A model generated the notes under the pieces. The model did no database searches and was not told where the DNA came from. It saw nothing but the letters and a program-made list of their open reading frames with translations. Below are positions 44,057 through 54,221 of a stretch of 64,000 nt of DNA, in pieces. The position numbers were made by a program, and so were the translations under genes. Source of the stretch: Chthoniobacterales bacterium. Its GTDB lineage: Bacteria; Verrucomicrobiota; Verrucomicrobiia; Chthoniobacterales; Chthoniobacteraceae. Each line of letters opens with the position of its first letter. The first letter of the stretch is position 1. The stretch lies in contig JBBQZX010000001.1 in assembly GCA_038207335.1 (NCBI GenBank), positions 160,001 through 224,000 on the forward strand. The letters are read 5' to 3'.

Positions 44057-45574
44057 CTAATGCGATTCCGGCGTCTTCGGATCGTCGTTGATAATTCGCA
44101 AAATGGCGGATTTCGGACGCACGAAACCGCCGCCAATTGGACGGTCAAGCGTCAGCTTGAGCCTTCCCGTTGATTCGCGAATCGAATTGTCGACAACGGA
44201 AACCTCAATCGTGGCCTCGGTCTGGTTTTCGTCGAAAAAGACTTCACCGTCGTTAGGGGAGAAATCGATCCTACGGCTGGGCGTCAACGAACTGATTGAA
44301 AAGGGGACGCGGAGGATACCCGCTAAATTTCCCTTTCGTCGCACGACTATCGAAGCTGGGCTTGAACCTTCTTTGACCGAATAGGAGAGTTGTTTAAACC
44401 CAGCCGCACGCGGAGGCGTGAGGTTCTTGAAAGTGCTCACGAAGTTACCGAGGCCAAATTTACCTCCCGCGGACAGAACGAGATCGGCATCCCCGTCACC
44501 GTCCAAGTCCACTGCTGCGAGTGCCGCTGGCCGGATGGGACTTTCAAACCGCCGGGCGGTGAAGCCGCCGGTTCGATCATTGGTCAAAAGATCGAAGCCT
44601 CCGGCATTCGATACGCGGGATAAAACAATATCGTTGAATCCGTCACCGTTGAAGTCTCCGACTGAAATATCACTCGCTCCGGGATACCCCTCGAGGTCGA
44701 TCGTTTGAGAAGAAAAGCTGCCGCTGCCATTCCCGAGGAGTACCGAAACCTGAGTAACGTCTCCATCGCAGGCGACGCAAACATCGGGGATTCCATCACC
44801 GTTAAGGTCGCCTACCGACATCTTCGTGGGGCTGTGGCCAGTGTTAAACGCGGCAGCACTTCCGAATGATCCGTCACCACGGCCAAGCAGGACGAGAACC
44901 CGGTCACTTGTGGATGTGAGAAGCAGATCAAGTTTTCCATCATTATTCACATCTCTCAATACGACATCGTTCACTAGGTAGTTCGGCGTCGGTTCGAATC
45001 GAACTCCAGTTGAGAGCCCGCTTCCGTTGCCGAGTAACACGCTGCACGTGCCGTCCGACATTCCTACTACAACATCTGCCTTCCCATCGCCATTGAGGTC
45101 GCCAGCGGAGACAGAGGTTGGCCAAGCATAATCGTATCCGCCAAAGCTCCCGACGTCCGTCGTGGCAAAAGATGCAAATGTCCGACTGCCGGTAGCAAGC
45201 GCTGTCAAAACGCGACCTTTTTCCAAGAGCACGCCACAGGCTGCCACGATGTCAGGCCGACCATCTCCATTGATGTCCGCAGCAGCCGTCGCCCAGACCT
45301 CCCAAGGTTGAAAGTTCAGGTAGCGGCGCACAGGAAAAGCTCCCGCACCGCTGCCGTAAAGGATTTCAACTCCTCCGCCGGCGCGATAGTATCCATAACA
45401 AGATACTACCAAATCTTGGCGACCATCCGTGTCGATGTCGGCGCTTCGGACCAACATCGGATTCGGACCGGTGCGGTTGTTCGACCCCTTACCAAAAAGT
45501 TTCGGCTCTGCGTGCGCGGAGAGGCTCAAGACGGACGAAGCAGCGAGCGCGAGAATTCCGGGGAGTTTCCCCAT
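44057..45574 (-). CDS. Secreted FG-GAP repeat protein with C-terminal Calx-beta domain
   Basis: Signal peptide; about 6 DxNGDGxxD; F...SYSVKEG..VRR..IEVSVVDNSIRE..ILRIINDD. Confidence 0.85.
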   Translation of the reverse strand: MGKLPGILALAASSVLSLSAHAEPKLFGKGSNNRTGPNPMLVRSADIDTDGRQDLVVSCYGYYRAGGGVEILYGSGAGAFPVRRYLNFQPWEVWATAAADINGDGRPDIVAACGVLLEKGRVLTALATGSRTFASFATTDVGSFGGYDYAWPTSVSAGDLNGDGKADVVVGMSDGTCSVLLGNGSGLSTGVRFEPTPNYLVNDVVLRDVNNDGKLDLLLTSTSDRVLVLLGRGDGSFGSAAAFNTGHSPTKMSVGDLNGDGIPDVCVACDGDVTQVSVLLGNGSGSFSSQTIDLEGYPGASDISVGDFNGDGFNDIVLSRVSNAGGFDLLTNDRTGGFTARRFESPIRPAALAAVDLDGDGDADLVLSAGGKFGLGNFVSTFKNLTPPRAAGFKQLSYSVKEGSSPASIVVRRKGNLAGILRVPFSISSLTPSRRIDFSPNDGEVFFDENQTEATIEVSVVDNSIRESTGRLKLTLDRPIGGGFVRPKSAILRIINDDPKTPESH

Positions 45575-45710
45575 GACGTTGAGCGAAAAGAAAGTCAGGC
45601 GTTGAAGCGATCTATTCTTTGACCGCTGAGGGAACGAAAACGGCGCAAATTCATTCGCTCGACTTTTCCGGTGCTGGCACGTAGCGATTCGGATTTATTA
45701 CAATCCCACT

Positions 45711-46664
45711 ATGAACAAATTCATTCGCCCCCTCGCTTCGACCTTCGCCATCGTGCTCGCCGCTTCGTCTGCTTTTGCCGCGGACACGGTCACTTTGAAA
45801 CAGCAGTGGCAGGTCGGGAAGAGTTACTCGCAGACGATGACGATGGATCAGTCCACGAGCATCACGATGGGCGAGACGAAGATGGACCAGAAGATGAACA
45901 TGGTCGCGGAGATGACCTCCAAGGTGACGAAGCGCGAGGACGGGAAGGGCAAGCGGATCGCGATCAAATACGATCGGATGGTGATGAACACGGAGATGGC
46001 GGGGCAGAAGATGACGATCGACTCGAGCAAGCCGGCGGCTGAGGCCGGGCCGATGGGAAATCCTTTCGCAGCGTTCACGGGGAAGGAAATCAAGATGCTC
46101 CTCGATGAAAACGACAAGGTGACGGACTTCGAGAATTTCGACGAAATCGCGAAGGCTGCTGGCGGCGGGAATCCAATGACGTCGGCCTTTCTAAACAAAG
46201 AGTCGATCAGCCGCACGGTGGAGCAGAGCGCGTTGCAGGCGCTGCCGACGAAGCCGGTGTCGGCTGGGGAGTCGTGGCCATTCAGCGTGGAGATGCCGTT
46301 GGCGGGCGTGGGCAAAGGCGACGTGAAAGGGACTTACACGTATAAAGGCACGAAGCCGCACGATGGGGTGCCGTGCGCGGAGATCGCGGTGGATGCGAAG
46401 ATCAATTTCGACATGAGCGAGGCGGCTAATGCGAAGCCCGGCGCGGCTCCGAACCCGATGGCGGCGATGGGGATGAAGATCGAGAATGGGACGATGACGG
46501 GGACAATTTGGTTCGACAATGCGCTCGGCATGGCGCGCGGCTCGGAGCTGCAGCAGAAGATGACGATGACGATGAAGAATCCGGTGAAACCGGATGAGTC
46601 GATGTCGCTGCCGATGAAGCAGAACATCTCGACGAAGCTGACGAAGGTCGAAGACGTGAAGTAA
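45711..46664 (+). CDS. Secreted/periplasmic Met-rich protein (DUF6263-like)
   Basis: Signal peptide ...SSAFA; LPTKPVSAGESW; beta-rich. Confidence 0.65.
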   Translation: MNKFIRPLASTFAIVLAASSAFAADTVTLKQQWQVGKSYSQTMTMDQSTSITMGETKMDQKMNMVAEMTSKVTKREDGKGKRIAIKYDRMVMNTEMAGQKMTIDSSKPAAEAGPMGNPFAAFTGKEIKMLLDENDKVTDFENFDEIAKAAGGGNPMTSAFLNKESISRTVEQSALQALPTKPVSAGESWPFSVEMPLAGVGKGDVKGTYTYKGTKPHDGVPCAEIAVDAKINFDMSEAANAKPGAAPNPMAAMGMKIENGTMTGTIWFDNALGMARGSELQQKMTMTMKNPVKPDESMSLPMKQNISTKLTKVEDVK

Positions 46665-46675
46665 GGGTGGGGGAA

Positions 46676-46809
46676 AACCGTGGATTGCGCGGATGACGCG
46701 GATTATTGGGTCGAAAAGAGGACGGGATTTTTACCGCGGAGACCTCGGCGTCTCGGCGGTTTAGGCTCTTTCCTGATTCCCATCCGCGACACCCGCGAAA
46801 TCCGCGGTT
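46676..46809. repeat. Nested inverted repeat (REP-like or bidirectional terminator) between convergent genes
   Basis: 28-bp arms at 46676-46703 and 46782-46809 (24/28 complementary) enclose the hairpin ACCGCGGAGAC..GTCTCGGCGGT. Confidence 0.8.
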
Positions 46810-46835
46810 CCGATTCGGTGTGAGCTGACCGGGCG

Positions 46836-48071
46836 CTAGATTCGGACGAATTTTGCGGCGAAGGCGCCGTCGATGGCGTCGATTTGGGGGAGGGTGCGGC
46901 GCTTTTCGATCAGGCGCAGCGTCGGGGTTTCGCGGAGGGCTTGGGCGACGACTTCGTCGTTTTCTTCGGGTTCAAGGCTGCAGGTGCTGTAAACGAGCGT
47001 GCCGCCGGGCTTTAACAAATCGGACGTGCGGCGGAGGAGGGCGAGCTGCTGCGCGGGCATTCGGATGAAGTCCTCGTCGGTGAGCCGCCAGCGGACATCG
47101 ACGCGGCGTCGGATGACTCCCGTGTTGCTGCACGGCGCATCGACGAGGATGCGGTCGAAGCTCGCGGGGGCGAGCTTTTCGCTCTCCTCCATGCAGTCGT
47201 GCTGGAGCGCTTCGGCAATCTCGACTCCGAGCCGCGCGAGGTTTTCGCGGAGGCGCGCGACGCGGGATTCGTAGAGGTCGCACGCGACGATGCGGCCTTC
47301 GTTTTGCATGAGCTCGGCGAGGTACGTCGTCTTGCCGCCAGGCGCGGCGCAGGCGTCAAGGACAGTGTCGCCGGGCTGCGGGGTGAGGAGGTCGCAGGCC
47401 ATGAGCGTGCTCGGGTCCTGCACGTAGCAGAGGCCGTGCATGATCCATGTGAACGGCAGCTCGTGGACTTTGATCGCCTGCGGATGAGCGGGCGATTGCT
47501 CCGCCTCGGGCGCAGCGCGGAGGAGTTCACCGACGGTGACTTTCAGGCCATTGGCGCGGACGTGGACATCGGCCGGTTGGTTGTTCCAGGCGCACAGGGC
47601 ACGCGTTTGCCCGGGGCCGAATGTCCTTTGCCAGCGCTCGATCAGGAATGCGGGATGCGAATCGCGATCGCTGGCGGGGGCGTTTGCGAGCTGGTTTTCG
47701 AGCTGCGTTTTTTCGCGGAGGGCGCGACGCAGCATGGCGTTCACGAGGCCGCGCGCGCGTCCGCCAAGTTCAACGGTTTCATTCACCGCGGCGTGCGGCG
47801 GGGTGCGCATGTGGAAAATCTGGTAGAGGCCGAGGCGCAGAACGGCTCGCGTCGGGGCGTCGATTTTTCCTTCGCGAAGGCGCCCGATGAGAAAATCGAG
47901 CCGGCCTAGATTTCGCAGCACGCCGAAAAACGTCTCCATGAGAAAAGCGCGATCGAGCGGTGAGAGGTGCGCGCGATTGAGCGTCTCGTGGAGAATTTCA
48001 TCGGAGAAAACGCGGCCTTTTTCCCACTCTAGGAGCGCGCGGATGCAGGATTGGCGGGCGTTGGCGGGCAT
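46836..48071 (-). CDS. rsmB: 16S rRNA m5C967 methyltransferase
   Basis: NusB-like N-terminus, YVQD, DACAAPGGKT, DAPCSNTG, YSTCS. Confidence 0.92.
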   Translation of the reverse strand: MPANARQSCIRALLEWEKGRVFSDEILHETLNRAHLSPLDRAFLMETFFGVLRNLGRLDFLIGRLREGKIDAPTRAVLRLGLYQIFHMRTPPHAAVNETVELGGRARGLVNAMLRRALREKTQLENQLANAPASDRDSHPAFLIERWQRTFGPGQTRALCAWNNQPADVHVRANGLKVTVGELLRAAPEAEQSPAHPQAIKVHELPFTWIMHGLCYVQDPSTLMACDLLTPQPGDTVLDACAAPGGKTTYLAELMQNEGRIVACDLYESRVARLRENLARLGVEIAEALQHDCMEESEKLAPASFDRILVDAPCSNTGVIRRRVDVRWRLTDEDFIRMPAQQLALLRRTSDLLKPGGTLVYSTCSLEPEENDEVVAQALRETPTLRLIEKRRTLPQIDAIDGAFAAKFVRI

Positions 48072-48118
48072 CTGTGGCGGCGAGGTTTTGCGGCGGCGCG
48101 TGGCGCGTGCAGCGGGCT

Positions 48119-48153
48119 CAACGTCCGACGTTCAACGTGCGGCGTCCAACTTC
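48119..48153. repeat. Intergenic 7-bp degenerate tandem repeat
   Basis: CAACGTC-CGACGTT-CAACGTG-CGGCGTC-CAACTTC. Confidence 0.75.
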
Positions 48154-48208
48154 AAAGGACGAGTTCGTTGAGAAGAAGACACGCAGGCGAGGACGCCCGC
48201 TTTCTGGT

Positions 48209-49525
48209 TTATTTCGGGCCGGGGCGCCCGATGGCGTGGTAGGTAAAGCCGAACTCGCGCATCGTCTCGGGGCTGAAAAGATTGCGTCCGTCGAACATCA
48301 GTGGCGTGTGCATCGCTGCCTTCACGGCCTCGAAATCCTGGTTCGCGAATTCTCTCCACTCGGTCGCAATGATGAGCGCCTCGGCGTCGGCGCAGGCTTC
48401 GAGCGGGGTCGCCGCGAGCTTCACTTTATCCGTGTCGATGAGCTTCCACTCGACGGCTTTTTCCGCGCCTTTCGGATCGTAGGCGGTGACGTGCGCACCT
48501 TCTTTAGCAAGCGTGTTGATGAGTTCGATCGCGACCGAACTGCGGACATCGTCGGTGTCGGGTTTGAAGGTCATGCCCCAGACGGCGATCTTCTTGTCTT
48601 TCAAGACCCAGAGCGCCTCGCGGAGCTTGTCGATGAAGCGCTTGAGTTGGTCCACATTGATGCGCTCGACCTCCTCGAGCAGCGTGAATGGCGTGCCGAG
48701 CTGTCGCGCGATAGCGATGAATGCCTTCACGTCTTTTGGGAAACAGGAGCCGCCGTAGCCGAGCCCGGCGTTCAGGAAATTGCGCCCGATGCGTTTGTCC
48801 ATGCCGATGCCGTCGGCAACCATTTCGACATCCGCGCCGCTCGCCTCGCAGATCGCGGAGACGGCGTTGATGTAGCTGATTTTGAGCGAAAGGAAGGAAT
48901 TTGCGGCGTGCTTGATGAGTTCGGCGGAATTCACATCGGTGACGAGAATGGGCGCTTTGAACGGCTCATAGACGCGCTTCATCAGGTCGGTCGCGCGGTC
49001 GCTCGCGGAGCCGATGACGATGCGGTCGGGGTTCATCAAATCAGGCACTGCACAGCCTTCTCGGAGGAACTCGGGATTGCTGACGACGTCGATCTCCGCG
49101 TCGCGATTGTAGCGCTTGATCGTGGCCTCGACCTTCTCGCCGGTCTTCACGGGGACGGTGCTTTTATCGACGACGACGCGGTATTCGCCCTTTTTCAGAA
49201 CGCCGGCGATTTCACGCGCGACGCGCTCGATGTACGTGAGATCGACGCTGCCATCGACCTGCGGCGGAGTCGGCACGGCGATGAAAACGACCTGCGAATG
49301 ATCGACGCCGTCCTCGATGGAGTTGGTGAAGCGGAGGCGCTTTGCAGCGACGTTGCGGTGGACGAGGTCTTCGAGGCCGGGCTCGTAGATCGGGATTTTT
49401 CCCGCCTGCAGCATATCTACTTTGCGCTGGTCGTTATCGACGCAGACGACGTGGTGGCCGACTTCGGCAAAGCAAGCGCCTGAGACGAGGCCGACGTAAC
49501 CGGAACCGATGATGCAGAGATCCAT
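48209..49525 (-). CDS. ugd: UDP-glucose 6-dehydrogenase
   Basis: GSGYVG, KSTVP, NPEFLREG, GYGGSCFPKD, FKPDTDD. Confidence 0.95.
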   Translation of the reverse strand: MDLCIIGSGYVGLVSGACFAEVGHHVVCVDNDQRKVDMLQAGKIPIYEPGLEDLVHRNVAAKRLRFTNSIEDGVDHSQVVFIAVPTPPQVDGSVDLTYIERVAREIAGVLKKGEYRVVVDKSTVPVKTGEKVEATIKRYNRDAEIDVVSNPEFLREGCAVPDLMNPDRIVIGSASDRATDLMKRVYEPFKAPILVTDVNSAELIKHAANSFLSLKISYINAVSAICEASGADVEMVADGIGMDKRIGRNFLNAGLGYGGSCFPKDVKAFIAIARQLGTPFTLLEEVERINVDQLKRFIDKLREALWVLKDKKIAVWGMTFKPDTDDVRSSVAIELINTLAKEGAHVTAYDPKGAEKAVEWKLIDTDKVKLAATPLEACADAEALIIATEWREFANQDFEAVKAAMHTPLMFDGRNLFSPETMREFGFTYHAIGRPGPK

Positions 49526-49645
49526 GTGAGTGATTAATTGAATGCGGGTTTTTCGATGCGGGAGTCCGCCGGGGAGGGCGGAAATGAAGGGCGGGGATTA
49601 AGGGGAAGCGCCGGAATCAGCGCAAGAATTTTGGGATCGCGCGAA

Positions 49646-51274
49646 TCACTCCACGAATTTCTGCGCGACCGGCATCTTTCTCCCGAGACCGAATGCGCGG
49701 CTCGTGACTTTGAGTCCCGGGACGGCTTGGGCGCGTTTGTATTCGTTGAGATCGACGCGGCGTTGCACCCAGCGAACGGTTTTTTCGTCGAAGCCGTGCG
49801 CCATGATTTCGGAAACGGAGAGCTGCTCCTGGACGTAGAGATGCAGGATCGGGTCGAGAATTTCGTACGGCGGGAGCGTGTCCTGGTCGCGCTGATCCGG
49901 CTTCAGCTCGGCGCTCGGCGGCTTTTCGATCGTGCTGCGCGGGATGATTTCGCGGTCGCGGTTGATCCATCTGGCGAGGCGATAGACGAGCGTCTTCGGC
50001 ACATCGCTGATGACCGCGAGGCCGCCGCACATGTCGCCGTAGAGGGTGCAATATCCGACCGCGAGTTCGCTTTTGTTGCCGGTGCTCAGGACGAGGTGGC
50101 CGAATTTATTCGAGAGCGCCATGAGCGTCATTCCACGGAGGCGCGGCTGCATGTTTTCCTCGGTCACGTCCTCGGCGACATCGGCGAAAATTTCACGGAA
50201 CTGCTCGCGGAAGACGACGAAGGAATTTTGGATCGGGATGTTGAGGAAGTGGATGCCGAGATTCGCGGCGAGCGCGGCGGAGTCGTCGATGCTGCCTTGC
50301 GAGGAAAATTGCGTGGGCATCGTGACCCCGAGTACGTTCTGCGGGCCGAGTGCGTGGGCGGCGAGCGCGGCGGTGACGGCGCTGTCGATGCCGCCGCTGA
50401 GGCCGAGGACGGAGGACTTGAAGCCGCATTTGTGGAGGTAGTCGCGGATGCCGAGCGTGAGCGCGTGGAAGAGTTCCTCGGGCTCGGATTGGAACTCCCA
50501 ATCGAGAGCGGCGTGGCGCTCGGTGTCGATGATAGCAAGATCTTCCTCGAATGCCGCGAGCTTGTTTCGCAGAGCGCCATCCGCGCCGATGGCGAGGGAG
50601 TTTCCGTCGAAAATGAGCTGATCGTTCCCGCCGACGGCGTTGCAATAGACGATCGGCACGCCATGGAGGGAAGCGACTGCGCCGAGCATTTCCGCGCGGC
50701 GCTGCGCCTTGCCGAGGGTGAAGGGGGAGGCGCTGAGATTCACGATCAATTCCGCGCCTTGCGCGACGAGCAGATCGACCGGAGAGGAGCCGTAGAGCTT
50801 GCGTGGGAGGTATTTTCCGGTCCAGATGTCCTCGCAAATCGTGACGCCGATATTTCTCCCGGCGACCTCGATGGGAGCGGTCGATGTGGCGGGCTCGAAG
50901 TAGCGATCTTCATCGAAAACGTCGTAGGTCGGGAGCTGCGTTTTATGGACGATACGGATCGGCTGGCCGTGCTGGAGGAGGGCGGCGGCATTGTGAAAAG
51001 GCTGGCCCGGGCCGGCATTCACGTCGATGAAACCGACGAGAAGGGGCACGTCGCCGACCTCGCTGTGCAGAGTCTCGAGCGTGGCGCCATTGAGCGGGAC
51101 GAAGCGCGATTTGAAGACGAGATCCTGAGGCGGATAGCCGGTGATCGCGAGTTCCGGGGAGACGACGAGTTCGGCACCGCGCGCTACGAGGTCGCGATAC
51201 GCCGCGAGGATTTTGCTGTGGTTGCCAGCGAGATCGCCGACTGTCGTGTTGATCTGCGCGAGGCCGATTCTCAT
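49646..51274 (-). CDS. nadE: Glutamine-dependent NAD+ synthetase
   Basis: Nitrilase-fold N-terminus (PEL, ICED) plus LSGGIDS, TGNKSE, PPSAEL. Confidence 0.95.
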   Translation of the reverse strand: MRIGLAQINTTVGDLAGNHSKILAAYRDLVARGAELVVSPELAITGYPPQDLVFKSRFVPLNGATLETLHSEVGDVPLLVGFIDVNAGPGQPFHNAAALLQHGQPIRIVHKTQLPTYDVFDEDRYFEPATSTAPIEVAGRNIGVTICEDIWTGKYLPRKLYGSSPVDLLVAQGAELIVNLSASPFTLGKAQRRAEMLGAVASLHGVPIVYCNAVGGNDQLIFDGNSLAIGADGALRNKLAAFEEDLAIIDTERHAALDWEFQSEPEELFHALTLGIRDYLHKCGFKSSVLGLSGGIDSAVTAALAAHALGPQNVLGVTMPTQFSSQGSIDDSAALAANLGIHFLNIPIQNSFVVFREQFREIFADVAEDVTEENMQPRLRGMTLMALSNKFGHLVLSTGNKSELAVGYCTLYGDMCGGLAVISDVPKTLVYRLARWINRDREIIPRSTIEKPPSAELKPDQRDQDTLPPYEILDPILHLYVQEQLSVSEIMAHGFDEKTVRWVQRRVDLNEYKRAQAVPGLKVTSRAFGLGRKMPVAQKFVE

Positions 51275-51328
51275 GCCGACGCGCACGCTACGGGCGCGCG
51301 CTGCCGCTGTCGATGCGGCGCGTGGCGG

Positions 51329-51496
51329 TCACTGCGACTGCATCGTCTTTCCGTGGAGGCTTTGCTTGTAGCCGGCGTCGGAGCTTTCCCATAGCGCCTC
51401 CTCGATGAAGTGGCGGAACATCCAGAAAAGGCACGCGGCGCAAAAGCCGGCAAAGATCATCATCAGGAATTTTTGCGTAAAAGTGCTTTGGAGCAT
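51329..51496 (-). CDS. Small hypothetical membrane protein (55 aa)
   Basis: MLQSTFTQKFLMMIFAGFCAACLFW single TM; co-oriented with its neighbours. Confidence 0.5.
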   Translation of the reverse strand: MLQSTFTQKFLMMIFAGFCAACLFWMFRHFIEEALWESSDAGYKQSLHGKTMQSQ

Positions 51497-51525
51497 TCCA
51501 GTGGGAAAGCAGATCGCTTGCCCAA

Positions 51526-52212
51526 TCACCAAAATCCCCATTGGACTGTTCGCAAGATGTAAATCCCGAGGAGAAGATTGGTGATCGCGTGAGCGAGCAC
51601 GCAGGCGCTCAGGTTTCGCGTGCGGACTGCGATGAGGTTGTAGAGCGCGCCGGTGATGAGCGCGGGGACGAAATCAGGGCCGGCGTGCGCAAGCGCGAAG
51701 AATAGCGAGACGCCAGCGAACGAATACCAACTGAATGAACCGAATGGGACATCGGCAAAATCGTCCCGGATGAGGTATCGGAGCAAAAACCCGCGCCAAA
51801 AAATCTCTTCGAGAAGTGGGACGACGACGACGAGACGCAGGAATCGCAGTCCGAGATTCGCAGCGTAAGGCCAGCCGTTCGGACCGAAGAAATCGGGCTC
51901 GAAGCCGATCAATCTGGGAGCGAAACCGAGCCATCGCTGAGGCGCGATCCAGATCAAAAAAACCGCGATCGCGATGCCGATCGTGAGGCCGATTTGGGAC
52001 GGCGGGCGTAGCCGGTAGTGCTGCCAATAAAAAGCGAGCAGTGCGCCGCAAGACAATGTCTGGAGTGGGAAGACCCAATATCTCGGAGTGGCGGCGACCC
52101 ACCACGCGGAACCGTCGAAGATCTTTCCCACGAGTTCGCCGACGGCCAGCAAGAGCATGAAAACGACAAACGGAGCGAGGTAAGCTTTCTGCTGATGCGA
52201 GAGGGCGGACAT
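51526..52212 (-). CDS. CPBP (CAAX prenyl protease-related) intramembrane metalloprotease
   Basis: VPLLEEIFWRG, FALAH, AHAITN, QWGFW. Confidence 0.88.
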   Translation of the reverse strand: MSALSHQQKAYLAPFVVFMLLLAVGELVGKIFDGSAWWVAATPRYWVFPLQTLSCGALLAFYWQHYRLRPPSQIGLTIGIAIAVFLIWIAPQRWLGFAPRLIGFEPDFFGPNGWPYAANLGLRFLRLVVVVPLLEEIFWRGFLLRYLIRDDFADVPFGSFSWYSFAGVSLFFALAHAGPDFVPALITGALYNLIAVRTRNLSACVLAHAITNLLLGIYILRTVQWGFW

Positions 52213-52229
52213 TTCAAAAAAACCGAATC

Positions 52230-52490
52230 GTGAACGACCCAAGACCGCCAGAACCAACTTCGGAGCAGCTCCTCTCATTCATGGATGCCCAGATCGCGCA
52301 GCAGCGCTGCAAGCGCAGCCGCGGCTCCGGAAGCGCCACCGTGATTCGCGTGACGATCGCACTTCTCATTTTTGCAGCAATCGCGGTGGCACTCTTGTTT
52401 TTGATTCCGATTTTTGGAAAATCGCCCAGTGCTGGCGGTGAGTGGCCAGCGCATGAGGCGTCGGAACCCGGATTTTCCACAAAGTTTTGA
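52230..52490 (+). CDS. Small single-TM hypothetical protein
   Basis: EQLLSFMDAQIAQQR followed by a hydrophobic helix; upstream of the pilM-like gene. Confidence 0.55.
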   Translation: MNDPRPPEPTSEQLLSFMDAQIAQQRCKRSRGSGSATVIRVTIALLIFAAIAVALLFLIPIFGKSPSAGGEWPAHEASEPGFSTKF

Positions 52491-52533
52491 GAACCGATGA
52501 ACCGCGGCACATCAGCTGCTTAGGTCATTTTCA

Positions 52534-53571
52534 ATGGCTAAAGCCCACAACTCCGTAATCGGTCTCGACCTCGGTCGGCATTCGCTGAAGGCGGTGCAAC
52601 TCCAGCGCCGCGGCGGCGACCGCTTTCTCGTAACCCACTACGCTTCCCGGGTGCTCCCGGACGCGGGCGACGGCGCAGACCGTCTTGGGCACGAATTGAA
52701 AACTCTGCTCAAAAACTTGGGAGGCACCGCCAAAGTCTGTGCAGTGGCCATTTCGAGCCCCGATGCACTGATCCGAATCATCGAGCAGCCAGCCACGCCG
52801 CCGCACATTTTGCGCGACGCACTCCGGCTCAACGGCATGACGCTGCTGAACCAGGAGTGCCGAAATTTCGTCCTCGACTGCGATCAAATCGACGGACAGG
52901 CGGGGTCGCGCGATCCGGGTGAAGTGCCTCGTTATAAATATCTCGTCGGCGGCATCCCGCGCACCGAGGTGACGCAAGTCTCCGAGGCAGTCACGAAGAC
53001 GAGCCTCGGGGTGGGGTCGCTGCAAATCGCTCCGATCTGCGCGTTCAACGCATTCGAGTTTGCGCATTCGGAGCGGTTCAATAACGGTTCGTTTTTTCTA
53101 GTGGATATCGGCCACCACACTTCGACGGTGATGGTCGGATCGAAGCGCGAACTCGTGCTAGTGCGCTCAATTGATTTCGGTGGCCATCTGCTCATCGAGA
53201 CGCTCATGGCGCTCAGCGGAGAAAGTCGCGAGGCCGTGCTCGAGGCGCTGGAGCAGGAGGATGAGATTATGATCGAGAATACGCGAATGGCGCTGATGAT
53301 TCTTTCGCGAGAGATCGGGAGCTCGATCGGCTTCTTCGAGGGACGGAGCGAGGAGACGATTGATCGGGTTTATGTCTCCGGCGGGTCGGCTAAGTCGAAG
53401 ACGTTGCTGAAAGTGCTGAGCGAAGAGGTGCATCTGCCGTGCGACTCGTGGAATGCGCTCGCGCAATGTGAGATCGCACTGAAGCCCAACCAAGCGGCAC
53501 AATTTTCCGCGGACGCTCTCGACTTGCATGTCGCGTGCGGTGCTGCGGCTGAACTTCTTACTGCCCGCTGA
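52534..53571 (+). CDS. pilM: Type IV pilus assembly PilM-like actin-fold protein
   Basis: IGLDLG..LKAV, VDIG, IDFGG, VSGGSA. Confidence 0.8.
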   Translation: MAKAHNSVIGLDLGRHSLKAVQLQRRGGDRFLVTHYASRVLPDAGDGADRLGHELKTLLKNLGGTAKVCAVAISSPDALIRIIEQPATPPHILRDALRLNGMTLLNQECRNFVLDCDQIDGQAGSRDPGEVPRYKYLVGGIPRTEVTQVSEAVTKTSLGVGSLQIAPICAFNAFEFAHSERFNNGSFFLVDIGHHTSTVMVGSKRELVLVRSIDFGGHLLIETLMALSGESREAVLEALEQEDEIMIENTRMALMILSREIGSSIGFFEGRSEETIDRVYVSGGSAKSKTLLKVLSEEVHLPCDSWNALAQCEIALKPNQAAQFSADALDLHVACGAAAELLTAR

Positions 53572-53573
53572 CC

Positions 53574-54221
53574 ATGGCCCTGCGACTTAATCTCCATCAC
53601 GAAATCGAACAGAAGCAGCGGGTCAAAAGCCGCGACCCGATGAAGGTCGTGATTCTCGCGCTCATCTGTGCCGGCGGACTGCTGGCCGGGTATTATGCAT
53701 TACGGCTCGGCTCGACGAGTGCGACGACGCACGAGCTGGAGGCCAAAACCGCGGAATTCAGCGCACTCAGCCCGAAAGCCGATGCGGCGAAGGAACGTGA
53801 AAACGAACTGATCGCGACGATCAAGGCGAGCGATGCGATCGTGCGGCGTATCGAGGATCGTTTTTACTGGGCTCCGATGCTCGAGCAGGTGGCGCGGCTC
53901 GTTCCACCACAGATTCAAATCACGCGGTTGAGCGGCGAGGTGGAGGGAAACGCGGTGAAAAAGTGCGTATTGAAAATGGATGGGATCGCCGCAGGGAAGG
54001 AAGCGCGCAAGGTTGCGGAGGAAATGCGCATGGCGATGCAGGAGGAATTTTCCAAACGATATAAGGACGTCACATCGAGTTTCACGACTCTCGAAGACAA
54101 AAACGAAACCGTGAAACTCAACGGCAGCGATGCGCCCACCGCGGCGTTTGCCATCAGCGTGAAACTTGCCACCGGGGTCGAGGTCGTCGCCACGCCAGCA
54201 CCCACCAGGAGAAAACGATGA
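53574..54221 (+). CDS. PilN-like protein
   Basis: LNL motif, TM, coiled coil, W...L..V...VPPQIQIT. Confidence 0.7.
   Translation: MALRLNLHHEIEQKQRVKSRDPMKVVILALICAGGLLAGYYALRLGSTSATTHELEAKTAEFSALSPKADAAKERENELIATIKASDAIVRRIEDRFYWAPMLEQVARLVPPQIQITRLSGEVEGNAVKKCVLKMDGIAAGKEARKVAEEMRMAMQEEFSKRYKDVTSSFTTLEDKNETVKLNGSDAPTAAFAISVKLATGVEVVATPAPTRRKR

Noticed and set aside
48074..51394. Plus-strand ORFs of 469 aa and 618 aa
   Set aside because: Antisense shadows of ugd and nadE, typical of high-GC codon bias.
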